Program-made: the position numbers and the translations under genes
In this document: positions 59,521 to 64,000 of the stretch, one piece after another
Layout of the letters: each line of letters starts with the position of its first letter
Numbering within the stretch: the first letter of the stretch is position 1
The notes under the pieces: model-generated
Databases searched by the model: none
The model's input: only the letters and a program-made list of their open reading frames with translations
What the model was told of the DNA's origin: nothing
Assembly (NCBI GenBank): GCA_012295275.1
Contig: CM022676.1
Location: 8,308,001 to 8,372,000 of the forward strand
Direction of reading: 5' to 3'
From: Chrysomallon squamiferum
Lineage: Eukaryota; Animalia; Mollusca
DNA: 64,000 nucleotides

Positions 59521-60146
59521 CCTACTTTCCAATTTTTTCATTCATTGCTTCTTTCATGTTTTTTTTCTTCTTCTTCTTTTAATATAATTTCATCTCTCGT
59601 TTCCTTCTGCTTTGTCCTCAGTCACAGAATATTCTCCCCCAGGCACTGACCCAGGTTTCTGGTCTCGGCTGAGATCAGCCAAGTCTCACGTCTCTCTCTC
59701 TCTCTTTGTTTTGTTAATGTAAAGCATGAAAATAGAACGTAAAGATACGATCTCTCATTCAGTAACGTAATACCCCTTCTTTTATTTGTTTCTTCTTCTT
59801 TTTTCCTCAACTTAAAATACAAGCTTCGTGCTCCAAAGTTTTTTTGTCTTGTTGTTGTTGTTGTTCGTGATGAGTGGAAAAAATGCTATGTCATGACCGC
59901 TGGAAGTTTTTTTTTTATTTTTTTTTTTTATTTTTATTTAAATGAAGTCGTCCATAGCGAACAAGTCAGATAGAGTGCAGTAACAATTGAGTGCAGAGGA
60001 GTTTTGTAGAAAATTAAAATCAAGTTTTAATGACGTACTTTACTCTGAGTGGCCTTGACATTGTCAGTTTAATAGTGCATGTCCAGGCAAATTTGTTGGT
60101 GGAAGGAGAGGGCGAAGAGTGAAGGGAAGAGGGAGGGAGGGAGGGG

Positions 60147-60261
<115 letters not shown>

Positions 60262-60455
60262 ATTTAAATGGTACAGACTTAATAATAGCGATGAGACCAA
60301 CAAAACAAACCGAAAGAAAAATAAAGTAAAATAAAATAAAATAAATAAAAAATGTAAACAAACATACAAACAACTAAATAAAAAGAATTAAAAAAACAAC
60401 AACAAACAAACAAATCAGTAAGTGTTTAAACTTGTAACTTGCTGTATTTGATATG

Positions 60456-63777
<3,322 letters not shown>

Positions 63778-64000
63778 CTAGACACGATAAAACGCCGTCA
63801 GTGATTGGGTGATTTCGGGAAAGATTTTAATTTCGTGCATAATGATTGGTTGATTTTTTGTGGAACATTTGACTTACGTTAAACTGAAATGATTGGTTCA
63901 TTTTTGTGAGTGATTTCAGCTTAGTCAGTGCACTGTGACACGTGATTCGGGCACATGATTAAAAAACTCATTGAAATATGTCATATAAACGAAAATTTTC

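Overview
AT-rich, microsatellite-dense eukaryotic DNA with spliceosomal introns. It is inferred to be molluscan (probably gastropod) from the gene families and Ig-domain type. Most ORFs in the supplied track are simple-repeat artefacts. Manual splicing gives six protein-coding genes, all on the minus strand: (1) first coding exon of a C2CD2/TMEM24-like ER lipid-transfer gene, whose first intron fills 1-14.9 kb; (2) an intronless WDR27; (3) a 9-exon, 715-aa predicted GPI-anchored protein with one V-like and five tandem exon-duplicated Ig domains; (4) a 5-exon secreted fibrinogen-related (FReD) protein; (5) a 9-exon Rh-family ammonium transporter; (6) the last five exons of a GH31 alpha-glucosidase. 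The most interesting observations are: a cysteine pattern in the Ig protein that fits a chain of inter-domain disulfides built from skippable phase-1 cassette exons, next to a FReD gene; a kappaB-motif-rich promoter with a possible unannotated divergent transcript; a sharp CpG-depleted/CpG-normal mosaic with a CTCF-like motif near the boundary; and a copy of the Rh exon-2 splice junction 36 kb away. Two single-base frameshifts (WDR27, FReD) both lie at 3-nt G/C runs and are probably assembly errors. All of this was read by eye; no searches or counts were run.
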